Below, in pieces: positions 62,767 to 64,000 of a DNA stretch of 64,000 nt. The stretch spans positions 12,488-76,487 of the forward strand of contig JAVCCK010000030.1 in assembly GCA_030765525.1 (NCBI GenBank), written 5' to 3'. Origin of the DNA: Candidatus Lernaella stagnicola. Its GTDB lineage: Bacteria; Lernaellota; Lernaellaia; Lernaellales; Lernaellaceae. The position numbers and the translations under genes were made by a program. The notes under the pieces are model-generated. The model saw only the letters and a program-made list of their open reading frames with translations, searched no databases and was not told the DNA's origin. Position 1 is the stretch's first letter; each line of letters opens with the position of its first letter.

Positions 62767-64000
62767 TGGCCTCTCCGGTGCAGCTTCGCCGTGCTGCGCG
62801 TGCCTTCCTGGTCGATCGTTACCTTGACGTCGATGGTGTCGGGCATTTTCGCGGCAGCCGCATCCATTTTATCCGCCGCCGCTTGTTGCTTCGCCGCGAC
62901 GCCGTCGTCGCCGCCGAACACGGCCGTCCACGACTTTTTCGCGCCTTCCCACCAGTTCGACCCGAGGCCGTCATATCCCTGGGCGACCTTGCCCTGGGCT
63001 TGGTAGCCGGCGATCGTCGAGCGAATCTCGGCCTGCATCCGTTCGTCGTTCCAGCCCAGGCGCTCGGCCGCCTGCCGTTTTGTTTCGGTGACCGTCTCGA
63101 CGAGGCTGCCGTGACCTTTACGCCGCGCGAGTTGCGCGTCGGCCACGGCGCGCGCGGCCTGCGCCTCTTTCGCCGTTTTGTCGACCCCATAAATCGCGGC
63201 CCCGCCGGCCGCGACGACCGCGGCCGTGGCGGCGACCGCCGCGCCGCCGGTCAACGCCGCGCCTTTGCCGAGCGTTCCCGGCAACGAGCGGTTTTTCGTC
63301 AGCCGCGCCATGAGCGAGGCGGACTGGACCGCGTCGCGGCCCGCCGTGCCGGCCGCGCCGCCGCCTCCGAACATGCCTTGGAAGTCGGACACATTGACGA
63401 CGCTCACCGGCTGCACGCCGGCGATTTTCTCCAGCGATTTAGCTTTGACGAGCGCCGCGGCGTCGCTGCCGAGAAGGCCTTTCATGCCGCCCGCGGCCTT
63501 CCAGCCCTTGACGCCCTTGGCTATCCCGCGGCTGCCGAACACCGCGGCCGCGATTATCGCCGCGCTGCCCACAATAAGCGGCGCCGCGCTCATCCCTGTT
63601 TGCGCGCCCTCGCTGCCCTGGATTTTGGCCGCCGCCGGCGACACGAGCAGCTCGTTTAGTTTGTTCACCGCGCTCGTCGCCCAGCCCTCGGCGGGCAGGA
63701 AGGCGTTTTGCATGCCGGTCGTGAACGTGCCGGTCATGGCGTCCCACGCCTTTTCGAACGTGCCCGACTTCAGCCGGTTTCGCTCCTCGACGGCCAACCG
63801 GCCGAGCATATCGGCCTGCACCTTGGCGGCGTCGGCACCGCCGAGCAGCGCCTGGGCGAATAGCGACCCTTCGCTACCGAAAACTTCGTTTAGGATGCGC
63901 AACTGGTCGGCGCCTTTGCGGCCGCCGAGGGCCTGCTGCAGCACGCGCTGGACATCGGGTAACGACCTGATCGAGCCGCTTTGTTTGTCGATGATTTGGT
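62763..64000 (-). CDS. tail tape measure protein, C-terminal part (gene continues past the window end)
   Basis: I checked that the frame stays open upstream of the track's GTG 63944 through to position 64000. Ala/Gly-rich with hydrophobic glycine-zipper stretches (AAPLIVGSAAIIAAAVFG, GAALTGGAAVAATAAVVAAGGAAIYG). Its stop overlaps the next gene's start (ATGA). Confidence 0.75.
   Translation of the reverse strand, partial: QIIDKQSGSIRSLPDVQRVLQQALGGRKGADQLRILNEVFGSEGSLFAQALLGGADAAKVQADMLGRLAVEERNRLKSGTFEKAWDAMTGTFTTGMQNAFLPAEGWATSAVNKLNELLVSPAAAKIQGSEGAQTGMSAAPLIVGSAAIIAAAVFGSRGIAKGVKGWKAAGGMKGLLGSDAAALVKAKSLEKIAGVQPVSVVNVSDFQGMFGGGGAAGTAGRDAVQSASLMARLTKNRSLPGTLGKGAALTGGAAVAATAAVVAAGGAAIYGVDKTAKEAQAARAVADAQLARRKGHGSLVETVTETKRQAAERLGWNDERMQAEIRSTIAGYQAQGKVAQGYDGLGSNWWEGAKKSWTAVFGGDDGVAAKQQAAADKMDAAAAKMPDTIDVKVTIDQEGTRSTAKLHRRGQ

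Larger units (their letters stand above)
53834..64000. mobile_element. end of a prophage or phage-tail-like element (Mu/PBSX-type baseplate-tail module plus lysin and HTH genes); continues beyond the window
   Basis: Nine consecutive minus-strand genes run in the canonical order: tape measure, DNA-circulation/LysM, gpD-like hub, gpV-like, gpW/gp25-like, baseplate J, gpI/XkdU-like, fibre, lysin. All are joined by ATGA/TGATG/TAATG overlaps. The left boundary (somewhere in 53.5-55.0 kb) is not defined. Confidence 0.7.

Overview
GC-rich chromosomal segment from a diderm (Gram-negative-type) bacterium. All calls come from reading the supplied ORF translations and the DNA by eye; no searches were run. 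About 55 genes are supportable.

Core blocks:
- 1-4.3 kb: partial GT9 glycosyltransferase, HEAT/cyclophilin PPIase, BON protein.
- 4.6-8.2 kb: smc.
- 8.3-14.3 kb: complete Tol-Pal cluster (tolQ-tolR-tolA-like-tolB-pal-cpoB plus a second OmpA-type lipoprotein).
- 23.4-30.8 kb: SfrAB-like NuoG/FdhA-type plus NuoF/GltD-type oxidoreductase pair, then an ABC-2 exporter.
- 31-37.5 kb: SDR, TonB-like proteins, DsbA-like protein, cysS.
- 37.6-43.5 kb: five-gene minus-strand operon (NSS transporter, small membrane protein, three radical SAM enzymes).
- 43.7-48.7 kb: DUF4388/TPR protein, short secretin-like protein, murA, prmC, tRNA-Pro(UGG).
- 53.8-64 kb: Mu/PBSX-type contractile-tail baseplate module (tape measure through tail fibre, plus a TIGR02594-type lysin) running off the window end.

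The most unusual content is a family of seven exported proteins at 14.5-21.6, 31.1-31.9 and 48.8-53.5 kb. Their globular domains are unrelated (Kelch, BNR/Asp-box plus PKD, an unclassified repeat propeller, DUF4397), but all share a long (Asp-Asp-Asp-x-x)n acidic tract. In five of them the tract is C-terminal and the protein ends exactly in Cys-[Gly/Ala]-Cys-stop. In the other two the same tract sits directly after an N-terminal lipobox cysteine. I do not recognise this as any described sorting or anchoring signal and rank it as the best candidate for something new. Many long antisense ORFs and N-terminal ORF extensions in the track are GC-driven artefacts and were trimmed or rejected.
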